Positions 27,863 through 47,073 of a stretch of DNA of 64,000 bases are shown here, piece after piece. The notes under the pieces are model-generated. The model was given only the letters and a program-made list of their open reading frames with translations. It made no database searches and was not told the origin of the DNA. The position numbers were made by a program, and so were the translations under genes. This stretch comes from Trichoplax adhaerens (taxonomy: Eukaryota; Animalia; Placozoa). Position 1 is the stretch's first letter; every line of letters starts with the position of its first letter. The DNA is taken from NCBI RefSeq assembly GCF_000150275.1, contig NW_002060943.1, positions 9,766,209 to 9,830,208 of the forward strand. The letters run 5' to 3'.

Positions 27863-30800
27863 TCATCCTACGACAAACTCCATAATGGTATTAATGAGTT
27901 TGTAAGTTGGTACAGATAAAGGGTATTTGCCTAACAGCTTTTGTTGTAATAGAGGTGTCTGGACGAAGTATCTATCATGAAACAATTAAATACGAGTTAA
28001 TTTATATTTTTAAAGGAATGCATTTACGATGAAGCATTAGAATTTGTAAATCGATCTAAAGTTAAAGAAGCAAGTACTACGATGTTAACCATATAATCAT
28101 GGCTTAAGTTGTAAATTTTGCAATTCAATAATGTATGCAAAAAAGAAGGTTTTCGGCTCACTAACTTGAATTCTTCGGCATAGTTGCATTTAATATACTC
28201 AGCAAATTTTTTGCTATTTTGGATGAGTGTGCTCAAGATGGTGAACTTCTGATACAGTTGAGCTATTTCCAGAGGAGATAGGAATTCATTACCAGTGTTA
28301 GATAATTTCTCAAGAGCCGCATCGGTTATTCGTTTTATAAAGTTTTCCTATGAAAATAAAATAAGAAACTGCAGAGGCTATTTAGTAGTAACATTGCGAT
28401 ATTAGCCTTACGCTTTTTTCTTGCTTAGATTCCAGGAAGTTGATGAGCCACCATATATTCATCAAAGGAATAACGTCGCCCCAGTATTTCATCTGTGAAA
28501 AGTATTTACTGAATTTGACATTGCAACAAACTAACATCTATTATTTATACATTAGAGTAGATGTTAGCATTTGTAAATTTTCGGCAGAGAAATAATTGTT
28601 ACCTGTTGAGTTACTAATACAATCTCGAAAATGACAGCAGCAGCCGCATCAGTTATATTCTTTTCTAAGATCATATTCTCATTATCTTCAGCAGAATGCC
28701 ACTTTTCATATTCTAACAATCTCGAAAAATGAGGTCTTTGCAGATTTAAGATGCTATTCATAGAGTTACTGCTAGTACTAGTTACTGCTCCGTTGATCAA
28801 TTTCAGGAGCATTTGGGCCCTACAGAGAGAAGCAAAATGAAATATCGTAAACTAGGTATTTATAAAGCACCTCCAATAGGTATAGTAAAAATAACTGGCT
28901 TTCTGCCACACTGGAAAACTGCGGTCATATTAAAAATGAAGCTTGCAACACTATCATTTAGAAATTTTATTTTTCTAACTTGTGTAATTTGAGAATGGAT
29001 ATTCTTGATGATACGACTTCAGTTTCTCTAAACATATTTCCCAGCACTTCTAGGTAGACCAGGCACAGCCTAAACGTAATTTAAGTGCCAACAGCAAGAT
29101 CAATACATCGGTTACTACTTTCTGGTTGTAATCACATCATTAAATATTATTATGAATTATGACATTTTTGGGGAGATTTAGTTAATTATTCACAGTTATA
29201 ACAGAATCTAGCTAAACAGAAGTTTCTCTGAATAACAAAGAACGCCAGAATAATAAGCACTGTACATTGAGGCTAACCAGAATTACTACAGCATTTCTTG
29301 TTGATTGTTAGCAGTTCTGTTGTGATATATGTTATCATTACAAAATTTATTGTAACACTTTTGGAGGTTACATAAAGTACGATTTAATGTATATATTATA
29401 ATGCTCGATATCTCTACCAATAAATTTTATGCAGTCAATAAAACAGAGTGAGTAATTAGTATTACAATTGATGCGCAATGTTTCGCAATCATCGACACCT
29501 CAGGCAGGTAGCTGTAGATATTCGAACAATTCCTAATGATATCAGATTCTGAGCCGATATTATATACAGTACTTACTCCAGAGTATCAGCTCGTGATTGC
29601 GGAAGCCTCCAATGTGAAATTTCTCTATTCGATGAACAGGTAACATCGGCTAAACTTGTTGCAATATAATTGAAGAGATCTGGCGTCTTCCAAAATAGCT
29701 TTTTCAATGAATAGTTTCTGATACAAGCAGTGTTTAGTTCTTGTAACAACACGTAAATTTCTTCTAATTTTGTGGATGTTAGAATTTCTTCCTTCAACTG
29801 ATTAAACAATTGCAGTTGTTGTTCACTACAGTATTAATAAAATAAAGTCAACCTGGTTTATATTTTGCAATCCCATACTCTTCTAAACTTATATAGTTAT
29901 GGTTAATAAATTACATAAAGCCTAAGCTAAATAGAATTATTATTGTAAACTTTGATGACATTAGTTTCTTGCAGTCCATAGACTCTATACTAAGCACTTT
30001 GTATATGTATACTAGAACTTAGCATCAATCATACTCATGTACTCTAGTACCTGCCAATACGGATGCTAATTGAAGTATCTACATACTGTACTCAGAGTTT
30101 AATATCAACGCGATTTTCCTGTATCTGTATCACATCGAATCATTTTTAGTTTGTATTAGTAACATACTGATACGAAGTCTTTACAGTATATGCAAGGTGA
30201 TACAGATACAGATACTGATACTTGTTTAGTGATACTAAAAGTCATACTAATACTAATACAGCGATGTTCTATTATTACTCTCTACATAGTATTATACTAG
30301 TACAGTATATGTTAATTAAATAAATAAATGTACCTTTACAGTACTTTATTCACATAGTGCATACTATAATTCGTATGCTAATATCTACAAGACTAGTTAA
30401 TACAGCAGTACTAGACCGGTTCAGAATACACAAAGTTATAAAAAGTTAACTTTAGACAATTCCATATCATACTATATCACTCGGGTTAAATCCATGTTTT
30501 AAGGTGTTTATTTAACGCTAACGTCAAATAAAAAATCTTGAAATCTGGAATGATTAATGGCAGCGTAATATGGTATGATATGGAGGTCTAAACTTGAATT
30601 TTTTCAACTTTTGTGAATTCTTAATCGGCCTAATACATACTGCATTGTATGCAGATTACTTCTACGGTATAATTATGCACTTACAGTTCTGCACAGTACA
30701 CAAAAGTTATATCATTTTGTGTTACCATGTATCACCAAAATTTTCTCGGTATCTGAAGCACATGATACTTTCAAATTATGACTTACTACTGATACTGTAT

Positions 30801-33719
30801 AAGTATCATTGAACTGATACAAAAGTAATAAGTGATATTGAAATCTGACTGTACTAGAAGTTCATATTCTACTGCCACATATCAGAAACAAATAGTATTT
30901 TGTACTTCTTCTAGAAAACTGATGCGGACGGACATCGAATTAAATTAACATACCCATCCTTAATATGTAGACAACAACAAATATGATTTGTATTTGCGAA
31001 TACATGAATTAATTAATAATATATGCTAACACGTTTCAATTTCTTAGCGAACGTTTGTTACTTATGCTTTGATAATTCTCACCACATGTGGTACATACGT
31101 TAAATGTTTGCTACTTTTATTGGTGCCAAGTTTTCTTAAATAGTTTGCATCCATTTCTAGGGTTTGCCTCTAAAAAGGAGAAGTTTGCTCGTAAGGGATC
31201 GAAATTATTGACTTGTGGTACAGTAATATGAAACAGTACAATGGTGGAGTTCGTATAGGTGACAGATATTTTCCAGGTAATATGTAACTGTAGCTCTTTT
31301 GTTACTGTACAGCAATTCATATAAAGTAGTTACTTTCTTGCAGCCAAATTACAGTAATGAATGATTTTATGGCATAACGTGAAGTTGTCACGACGTAGCG
31401 TGCTTTTAGTCGAACTGCTAGTAAGTACACATTGTTTTAGCTTTTGAAAGACATGCCTAATACAGTCTAGCAAGCAACTCAACATAAGCCAAATCCCTAA
31501 TGTTCTTCGTTATTCCACTATTCATTTTGTAAACAAGAGTTAAAACTTTAGGTTTAAAGTAAATTTGATTGTAGACAACTAGATATCGTTTAGCTGAGGA
31601 TTTTGTTATTTAAGCAGTACTTTAAGGCGCGTTATGTAGTAAAGTAGTACAATAATATATAAGTCGTAATGATATACAGTAGAAAACATTATTAATTATT
31701 GGGCTAGTATAAGTTTACTGATCAGTTGATCATGCTAAAGATAGTTTTACGTTAAGATAAGTGGTACATGCGCTTACAACGATATTACAAGTAAGAATGC
31801 AGGTACCCGTATAATATATATATATACGCACATGTTATGTATGTAAGAATACAGTAACCTGTTGAACTGCACCTAACGTGTTAGCATAAGATAAGGTGAT
31901 GAATTATTAAGATAAGGGTATAATAGCCTTAATAGGTCATTACGGCTATACTACTATTTAAATGCAGTAAATCCTAAATAAAAGAGACTTTTAGTAAGCT
32001 TACTAGGAGGAGTACTGTATATCAAAGTCCCTCGTGCTAACGCTAACGACTAACAGTGGAAACACAACGGCACATACAGCTTTGATGTTAACCTTACCAT
32101 CATATAATTTTCCCAGGTACTATGCATGTACATAGGCATCTTGGAGGTATCGGATAATATATAAATGTCCACTACCGTCTGATTTCTGTCAATTAAATTA
32201 TAAAAATTCTGTAAATCGTTAGTGGATATTTTTTCTTCCGCGTCTGTAAAATTTGGTGCAAGATTTTTATTTTGCACTGTCTTCTTTCTGACAGTGGATC
32301 TAGGTACACAAGCGGTAGCGGTTGAGGACTTTATCGCATAGTCATCCCTGCTTTGCAATTTCGGACGCTCAGGCAACTTCCTTTGTTCAAGGAGAGAATG
32401 ACTGAGTTGATTGGTAGATCCACCAAATTTGTTTCTAGATTCATTTCCATCGCTAAGGGAAGGTTCGTTAATTGTTGAATTGGGCATAGAGTTTGACATA
32501 CGAGTATTCGCCTGGTTCATGCCTTTCGAGAGTTTCATTGGAAGGTTCGATAGCGTTTGTGAATATAACATACCGTCATCAATAAAATACTGGATTCGTA
32601 TGTGCTGGCACTTTTCCCTATCCTCTCCACTTAAAAAACTTGGCAAATCGTATATCTGAAATACAGTTTAAATTTAATTTAACGTGTTAATCTATAATAC
32701 GGTACTAGCTTAACCCGCATACTATGCTGTGGGAATGAGACTTCTTATAATACACAGATGTTACTAAATCGCAGTATCATAACTGCGGTATCTCGTTTCT
32801 TTGCCTAGTAATTCTTTACTGAGTAGAAGATTGAAAGGCATTAAATTTTGAACCATCATAAGACCGAAGGTAGTGAAAGAAGCTGAAATAATATGCGCAC
32901 TGTAATGCTGCAGATGTGCAGTATGTAACAAATAACGTTAATGAAGTCTATATATGTATAATTAAAACGTAGTTTTATCACAATACTAAGATGCAGAACT
33001 GTAACCTAAAGTAATGTTATCAATCAATCAATCATATTAATGTGCTTGTACGTGGTACATGCAGTTATGGTAGACTGAAAAACCGTAACGAAACGTGGAC
33101 ACTTTATACTATCACACTTAACTAGCTTAACGTCCTACTTATGCATTTTATTGATGAGTACAGTGGCCTATTCAATAAATTTATGAAGTTATGTATTATG
33201 TTTAAGTATTCACTGTCAGTGTGTGTGCTGTAAGATGAATTTGTTGTATTCAGTATTTGTACCCTACTTGCAGGCAATTACACAAACTTCACTGCATCCT
33301 AGTACTAGAGTCGGGTCAACATACAGTAGAGTCGGGTCAACATACAGTAGAGTAGAGTCTTGAGGACTAAATCATCAAAGAATGAACAATTTAAGATCGG
33401 ACTCGAGAAGTTCAGAGCGCCTTATACTGTACGTATATGTAATTATACTGTATAACATACTGAGTACAGTACATACCATTTCCATAGAAAATATGTCGCC
33501 CAATTTAGTGAGAAGTTGAACATTCCTGGGAGGGTTCTCAGTAAGGTATAAATTATCATTGCTTAGAACGATGTATCGAAAGACGTGTTTTTCACGATCC
33601 GAGACAATAACACAAGGTTCAAAACTTCTTAGCGTTTCGTATTCGTTGGGAGGTAAGTTACGTTTTAAAAAGGCATCGACACGATGATTCTTAGGGGCCA
33701 TCACACGACTGCATTCCAA
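27863..33719 (-). CDS. C12orf56: C12orf56-like (DUF4551) uncharacterised protein, multi-exon
   Basis: N-terminus RVDAFLKRNLPPNEYETLRSFEPCVIVS...YIVLSNDNLYLTENPP and PSFLSGEDREKCQHIRI match recalled human C12orf56. Later exons LKKLFWKTPDLF and FAEYIKCNYAEEFK. The last exon ends in TGA at 27863. Some internal exons are unresolved. Confidence 0.8.
33306..33352. repeat. 21-bp perfect tandem duplication in C12orf56-like intron 1
   Basis: TAGAGTCGGGTCAACATACAG twice, followed by TAGAG. Confidence 0.9.
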
Positions 33720-33814
33720 CTACTGTATTTATCCTACCACTTGGTAAATTCCATTTGTAAAGTTGTTTATTTACTGTTAATTACAAGATCATTACTTTGC
33801 ATACTTGTCATACG

Positions 33815-34440
33815 TGTGTACAGTACAGTACAGTACTGTATTAACATTGATAGAAACGTTTTTACTGTTAAGAAAAAATAGGACTTGCACCGTTATACGG
33901 TAGCGTACAATTACAATACTGTACAGTACTGTACTGTACTATGCTTAGGTGCTACTGTACTGTACACTACTGTACACTGTACAGTATAACCCGTTTGTTT
34001 ACACTTTACAGTATTGTAGTTTGTAGATATACTGTACTGTACTGTACTGTACAGTGTGCAGTACTAATGGTTGTGCCATCATGAATCATGATCACTAGAG
34101 ACAAATGGAAAGATGAGTTTGTCGCCTAATTTTTAACAGTATTCCAGTGTACTGTACAGTATATGAAGTGTTGTATGAAGTGCGTACGTAAAGATTGGAG
34201 TGAAATCGATAGAGACGACGGGCGGCTGAATACTGTACTGTACAGTGTACAGTACTGTATAGTCAGTACTGTACATTATACTGTACTGTATTGTCTACAA
34301 TGTAAACATGAGTGATGGTTCGCATCTCCATCAAACGGGGATGCGATTGTTGGTTGTTCCGTACTGTACAGTACAGTAAAATACGGTGGCCGAGAGAGGC
34401 CACTACTTCACACTGCACTATTCCTCCACTGTACAGTATA
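33815..34440. repeat. ACAGT/ACTGT pentamer arrays upstream of the C12orf56-like gene
   Basis: Dense tracts at about 33815-34045 and 34230-34440. Confidence 0.9.
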
Positions 34441-36741
34441 GGAAACCTCAATGCAGTATAATGGAAAAAGATTTCGAAGGAAAGATCACTGAAGTGTAAG
34501 CAATATTCTTATTCAATGCAGATCCGTAATCTTTAGTTTAGTTGATGCTTATGATACTAATTGATAACAAGATGTAGAGCACATCACAGGGGTGGGGTGG
34601 CTTAGCCTACTACGTGAGTGCAAAAACTACTGTTCTGTAAACGCCAGAACAAAACTGATAAAGCTGTGTGCAATACTTATTGCTATATCAGCTGCAAAAT
34701 GGCTGTATTGATGTGTAAAATATACTCTATAATAGATTACACCGCATAGTCGGAAAAGTAATGTCATTTACCATATAGGAAACTTTAAAATATAATTAAT
34801 TTCGTATTTTTCGTACGTCAAAGTTCATTTAAGACCGTTTATAGATTAGCTCATGATATCGAGCAGTTCGGTGCAGTGTACAGTACAGTATAGTGTATTC
34901 GCTAATAAAATATAAAATATTTAGGCTTTCTGTAGCAGCACAATTTTCAATACCAACAGCAATGGGTGATCATTGGCAGACGAAATAACTTTCTTGAATG
35001 ATAAGGAGTGTTTTTTTATTCTCAAAATTTATCTGCTTCTCTCCTACCGTAATATAGAGCAAACGGAAAAAATGTCACGGGAATCGTCTGTTCCGATACT
35101 CAAGGAATGTGCCTAAAAGGTATTTCCTTAATACTTTTTCACACTGCATATAGGGACTTTAGGTGTTAGTTATCCTAACAGTTATCAGTTACATTCTGTA
35201 AATTGACCGTTTCTAGACTAGTCAAGGTAAACTATCTGCTGCACTCATTTACTAATGCAGAATGCAGTACTTCATTGCTTATACGAACTCTAGTATGTTT
35301 AGCTCCATGAAGTGTTTGTGCATAGCTTTAGTAACGTGTTGCCATCCGAATGCCTCAGCTAGGGGAGTCTGTTCTAAGAAACAAGCTGGAGTTGTTACTG
35401 CTATAATCGAAAGAGCTAAAGAATTAGTATCGGATACCCGCACTAGTAGAATAGATCCCATTGTTATTGTGGAATTTCAATCAAGGTATGTTACTCTGTG
35501 TCTTGCATTTACAGCAGATTGTGGTTTGTGAGCGTATCTCTTGTTCTTTAATAAACTGGCTTTGACAGTTTAACTGTGCAATATTTTTTAGGACGATTCA
35601 CTTTAAGTATATGAAAGCGATCACTATGGCTGTTCATGAAAATATTTCTTAAAAGTTAATAATATAAAACATAATTCTAATTTAACAGACAGTTAGCCTA
35701 TGCTATAAAGTGCGAAATGGAGTGATATTATATGACATCGTAGATGCATAAATCTATATGTATTGTACTGTATTTACAATCTAGTGTAAAATCTAATCAA
35801 ATTTGCAGTGCTGTATAATGAATACCGGTGCTATGCCTAGCTAATACGAAATATTAGTCTCTGAAAGTTCGGATGTTCTTTCAATTGTAATACGCTTTGA
35901 TCGTAGAGACTACAAATGTCCTCATTTTGCTGAAGGGTCAACATCGTAAAAGGCTGCTGCGTTGCCGTATTAAAGACGATATGTTAATAAATGAATATTT
36001 TATCTGATTTCTAACCTAAAGAAACACTGTACTGTACCAGTCTGTACATAAGATGACTATATCTTCATGAGAAGAAACACCTTCGCTTAGGCTTACTTTG
36101 GCTACTTCAATTGGAAGCTTATTACGCATATCGGCTCATTATGCACTACTCCTAGGATTTTAGTTTCTATTTACAGTTAGTCGCATAAATAGAGTATTCA
36201 CATATAACATGCACTCAGAATTTCAAAACTAAAATTTAACTTAGAAGATTTTTAATGAGAATATAGTCACTATTTACAAGTATAGTTACAGAAGTACGAG
36301 TATATTAGGTACTTTCCAATCTCTAGTCAAATTTGGTGGTCAAGCTCATTGATAATTATAATGAATACATATAATTAATAGAATTTTAAAAGGAATTAAT
36401 TCATAGAATTCTACCTTAACATACGTAAGCTATAAACGGTGTTAAAATAACTGCTACGGTTAAAAATTTCACCGTTGAACACCATCAAAATATTTCAACG
36501 CAGTATTTGTATGCCTAGAAACTATAAATCACTAGTTCGATAATGTACATAGCATTACGTATTTGTTAAAAAAACAGTACTGCACTACTGCGTAAGGAAT
36601 ATAGTATAGTTACATCAGTAGAGATCGCCATAATGTACGATTAGGAATTAATTAATCCAACATTGCTATTGAAAATATCTATTACTCCTGTCTAATAACA
36701 ATAAATTTTACCACAGATTAAATACTAAATGCATTGTTCTA

Positions 36742-42979
<6,238 letters not shown>

Positions 42980-43014
42980 TGTCGCAGAGATTGATCACAT
43001 TCGCAGCACTCTAC

Positions 43015-43365
43015 TAGTGTTACAGTACAGTACTATACTTTACACTGTCATGGAATACTAAATACTGTACTGTACTGTACACTGTAGTCCATGACACTTT
43101 ACTGTAGCCGGCAGTAATAAAACAGGAACAGTAGTTTCTGTAAAAGTGTACACTGTACAGTGTACAGTACACTACTGTAGCACGGTACTGTACTGTACTG
43201 TACAGTACTGTACAGTACAGTACAGTAGACCGTTCAACTTGATTTTGATACGTTTCAGCATACAGTACAGTACTATAGAATTCTGAACGTCCAGTTAAAA
43301 TCTGAACGGTCTACAGTACAGTACAATACAGTTTCTGATAGAGTACTGTACTGTACAGTACTGTG
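43015..43365. promoter_or_regulatory. Putative RTCB/POLR2L bidirectional promoter with a dense pentamer array
   Basis: Head-to-head ATGs are about 600 bp apart (42979 and 43577) and the interval is filled with ACAGT/ACTGT runs. Promoter function is inferred from position. Confidence 0.65.
43225..43314. repeat. Hairpin element, family C copy 1
   Basis: Perfect 12-bp inverted ends GTAGACCGTTCA...TGAACGGTCTAC. The right arm is homologous to 51765-51804 on the opposite strand. Confidence 0.75.
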
Positions 43366-43555
43366 TAACTAGACGTCTTACCGTATCTTTCTATGGACTG
43401 TATCTATTGAAAGCTTTTCGACGTAAGACTTCAGCAGATCCGTCAGACTTTGTGACATTTACTGAGCGCTAAAATCAAATCAAAGTAGTGATTTATTTTC
43501 CTTACTTGATGGTGCACTTATACGAATCAGACTAGAATTACAGTAGTTTAAATAA

Positions 43556-43780
<225 letters not shown>

Positions 43781-46559
43781 ATTGGCTGACTGAGTAGCCG
43801 AATTACTTAGTAAAATAGAATATTTCTGATCTTAACAAGGAAGCAAAAAAGACTGCAGTAGCCATTCCTAATTGTAACTCTACGAATTATGCACCGTACT
43901 CGTACACTGTACGCTAGAACATAGATAATGTATTATTATGTTATTACGTTATGGTTTTGTTCGCAGAAATTTAAAGTATTATATGTACTATGATATATAA
44001 TCATTAAATTATTTTGTAATACTAAAGCGAGATAGCAGTAGGATTATTCGGCGATTAGTATCTTAAAAAGTAAATGCAAATTCGTAAGGTCATTATAATG
44101 TCGGAAAGATTGCACAGATCAAAAAATGTTAATGCATTGCTTTATGTTCTCTTTTATTTATAATACGGTATATCATGATAATAGATATCATTATACAGTA
44201 TTACTTTATAATCTAGCTTAAATTAGTTATTTACGACTATAATTTAATAAAACGACGTGAAAACAAACATCAACAGCCATCTTAATTAAGACCTGCAGAT
44301 GAGCGATAGTAGTCCTTGAAATGGTACGATATTCCATACTTGTTGCTAGTACGTACCAGTATGCAGTGTTATGCTAGCTTGCTAGGGACGCTTCGCCGTG
44401 CAGATTACTTAGCGTTATACGCCTATCGCATTCATTAATATGTTAAGACTGTAAGAGCAATTTTGGCGTGGGGCTTTTCTGAATCAAGATTGAATTCTAT
44501 ATTTCTATTATGCTATGAATTATTGTCGCAAACGGAAAAACACTGAAATGTAGACAATTACTGAAACTATGCAACCAATGCAAGTGTGCACTCTAGTACA
44601 GCAGTACTGTTGTTGGTTCTTTTCGCTACAGTACCAATTTTGACGAAGTGATACTTTAACACGAGCGCATGAAATTTTAGAACATATCATGCAAGTATAC
44701 ATAAACCATAAGCACAACTGTAGTATACTGCACAATACATACATTCTGTACTTGTTTCAGAGATCAGTAGTTGTTATCTCAGTTTTTTAGTGTTTTTCGG
44801 CGATCATAATTGTAATTTTGATTGTTAACAGTAAATACGAGTAAACATGGTCTGAAACCGCATTCTTCTAGTGGTCCATGGTGTATTACGTGTTACGTCA
44901 ATCGAGAGATTTAGTTGACACGTGTTCGATATTATCTGAAAGTGACTGCAAACGGTACTTCAGATTTAAAATTTATATTACAAGTACGCTTATCTTGTAG
45001 ACTCAATTGCATAAATAAAGTATATACGCGTACTGTATATCTATCACCTATTGCGTATTGGCTACCGAACTCAAACTAAACGTTCGTATGTGTCGTTCCT
45101 CAAGCATTTTGATTCGACGATATAGTCAATTAAGTAGTTAATTTTATAGATTTAGAATAAATCTTAGTTTAATCAATATCAAGCTGCTGGGCTGGGCTAA
45201 ACAGAAACCTGTAACAAAAGGAATTGTTAGAGTATCTAGAAAGGCATACTCTTGCTGCTAAAGATAATTTTTATTAACTGTTGAGTACAATGTTATAAAT
45301 AAACTTTAGGTGCAATATTATACTCGTACGGTATATTTTGACATATATATATATATATGTATATTATTGGCCTATTCTGTAATATAATAGCAAATATTAA
45401 AAACATTACTAATATTAATCAGACAGAAAAATCCTTTTTAATGGCAGTGTAGCTATTGCTACTAAGAGCACTCAGTTAGATTAATAAGTCACGGCAGTGT
45501 CTCTCGTTAGTATTAGAATGATATGTCAATTATAATTACTGGACTTATATTCATTCCCAATCTTCTGTGTAAGAGCAACTCTACATGAAGGGATTTTTAA
45601 TGATCTTGCAACGTTGACTGTACCAGTAAAAGCCACGGCTGGTGCAATATGTGTACGAATAGATTGATATAAAAAAAATTTGCAATTGTGTTTACACTCT
45701 GCATCTTCGATTTAGAGCTTAAAACAGCAGCGAAAGATAATTTAGCATGATTATGTATTACATTGGTAATTATTCCAACAAACCTTTTCTAAGTCTTGTG
45801 CTCGTACGGGATGGTAACAGGATACTGATACGGTTAATCTGTATAATAAATTGATCAAGAATTTGTATTAACGGTTATTACCATTTCAGAATAGCAAAAG
45901 TCATCATCTACAATTGCATTACGTTAGCAGCTGAATAAGGTCGAATTTGTAGATGAAACTTCACGGTCTCTTTCTGCCAATTAAAATCATATAGCTTCCG
46001 TTAAGTAACGTTTGCATTAACTCGTTTCAAATTTTATAGTTCAAACCTGCATCTTTACTTTCAGGGTACAACATTCGTTAATGCTCATCTTGTGATTAAG
46101 TAAGTTCTTCACCTCTAACTAATAGAAAAATACATCGGCAGTAACTCAAGTAAAAGTTAAGTTTAACCTACATTTACAGTATACTAAAAATGCAATTTTA
46201 CGTTTCATACTTTAGCTGGCAAACGTAGTAGAAAGAGCTGATTATTTTTATTGCCAATATCTTCTAAAAATGGGTTAGATGTGATTTCTAGCTGACGCTT
46301 ATTGCTGTAACCATTCGAAAAGAAATTGCATTAATTAGAATAGCAAATTAATTACTGCTGATAATGTATTAGTAATGATTTTCATTGTATATCATATACC
46401 TTTCGGTACCTGTTGATAAATCCTTTTTACCACTTGATAAATGCGGACGCGGCATTTTTATCTGTTATACTTGTAGTAGTGTAATAATTGTAAGCTAACG
46501 ATTAAAAAAATGGCTCGTGTTCTCAAAAGCAGATCAGCTGCACACAGTAGTTAGGGACT

Positions 46560-46730
46560 CCATGTACAGTAGTCTGGGTTCAACTTTTGCTAATCAAATT
46601 TGATTAATGGCTTCTAAACTTCTCCTACATACTGTACTGTACACTTCTATACAGTACACTTGTATACTGTACAGTACTGTACATGTACAGTGTACACTGT
46701 ACAGTACTGTATACTGTATACGGTACAGTA
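46560..46730. repeat. ACAGT/ACTGT pentamer array upstream of CDK20
   Basis: Dense tract at 46630-46730. Confidence 0.9.
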
Positions 46731-46763
46731 GTTCCAAGTCACTTCCAACCAGTGTCCTTCTCA

Positions 46764-46915
46764 AAGTCAACCCCAAACCCGACTCGAGGGAGGGATTCGG
46801 GTTAAAAATTTCTATGGTGATACAGTGTTTATATAGCGATTGCGCTCATTTCGGATTAGAAAATCAACAATTTGATCGGGTTCGGGTTACGTTTTCACTC
46901 CATGGCCGGACTCTG
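46764..46915 (+). mobile_element. Dispersed ~150-bp repeat, family A copy 2
   Basis: Colinear with 23959-24111; inverted AACCCGA...TCGGGTT. Confidence 0.7.
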
Positions 46916-47073
46916 CTATGATTCCAACTTTCAGCATGTGTAACTTTGGATAGTTGTTATTTCTGAATTGCTCGCGGTTACACAGGTACATATTAGGTGT
47001 ATACAAGACAATTGCCGTACTTCATTTGCATATGCACCTACATTTAAAGGTATTTCAGTATTTGCTACTTTAC

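Noticed and set aside
34169-34180. GTGTTGTATGAA, matching the recalled 5' end of U6atac snRNA
   Set aside because: The following conserved AGGAGAGAAGGTTAGCAC is absent; chance match.
44465-44480. GTGGGGCT resembling the RNase MRP CR-V motif
   Set aside because: No upstream GAAAGTCCCC partner to form helix P4.
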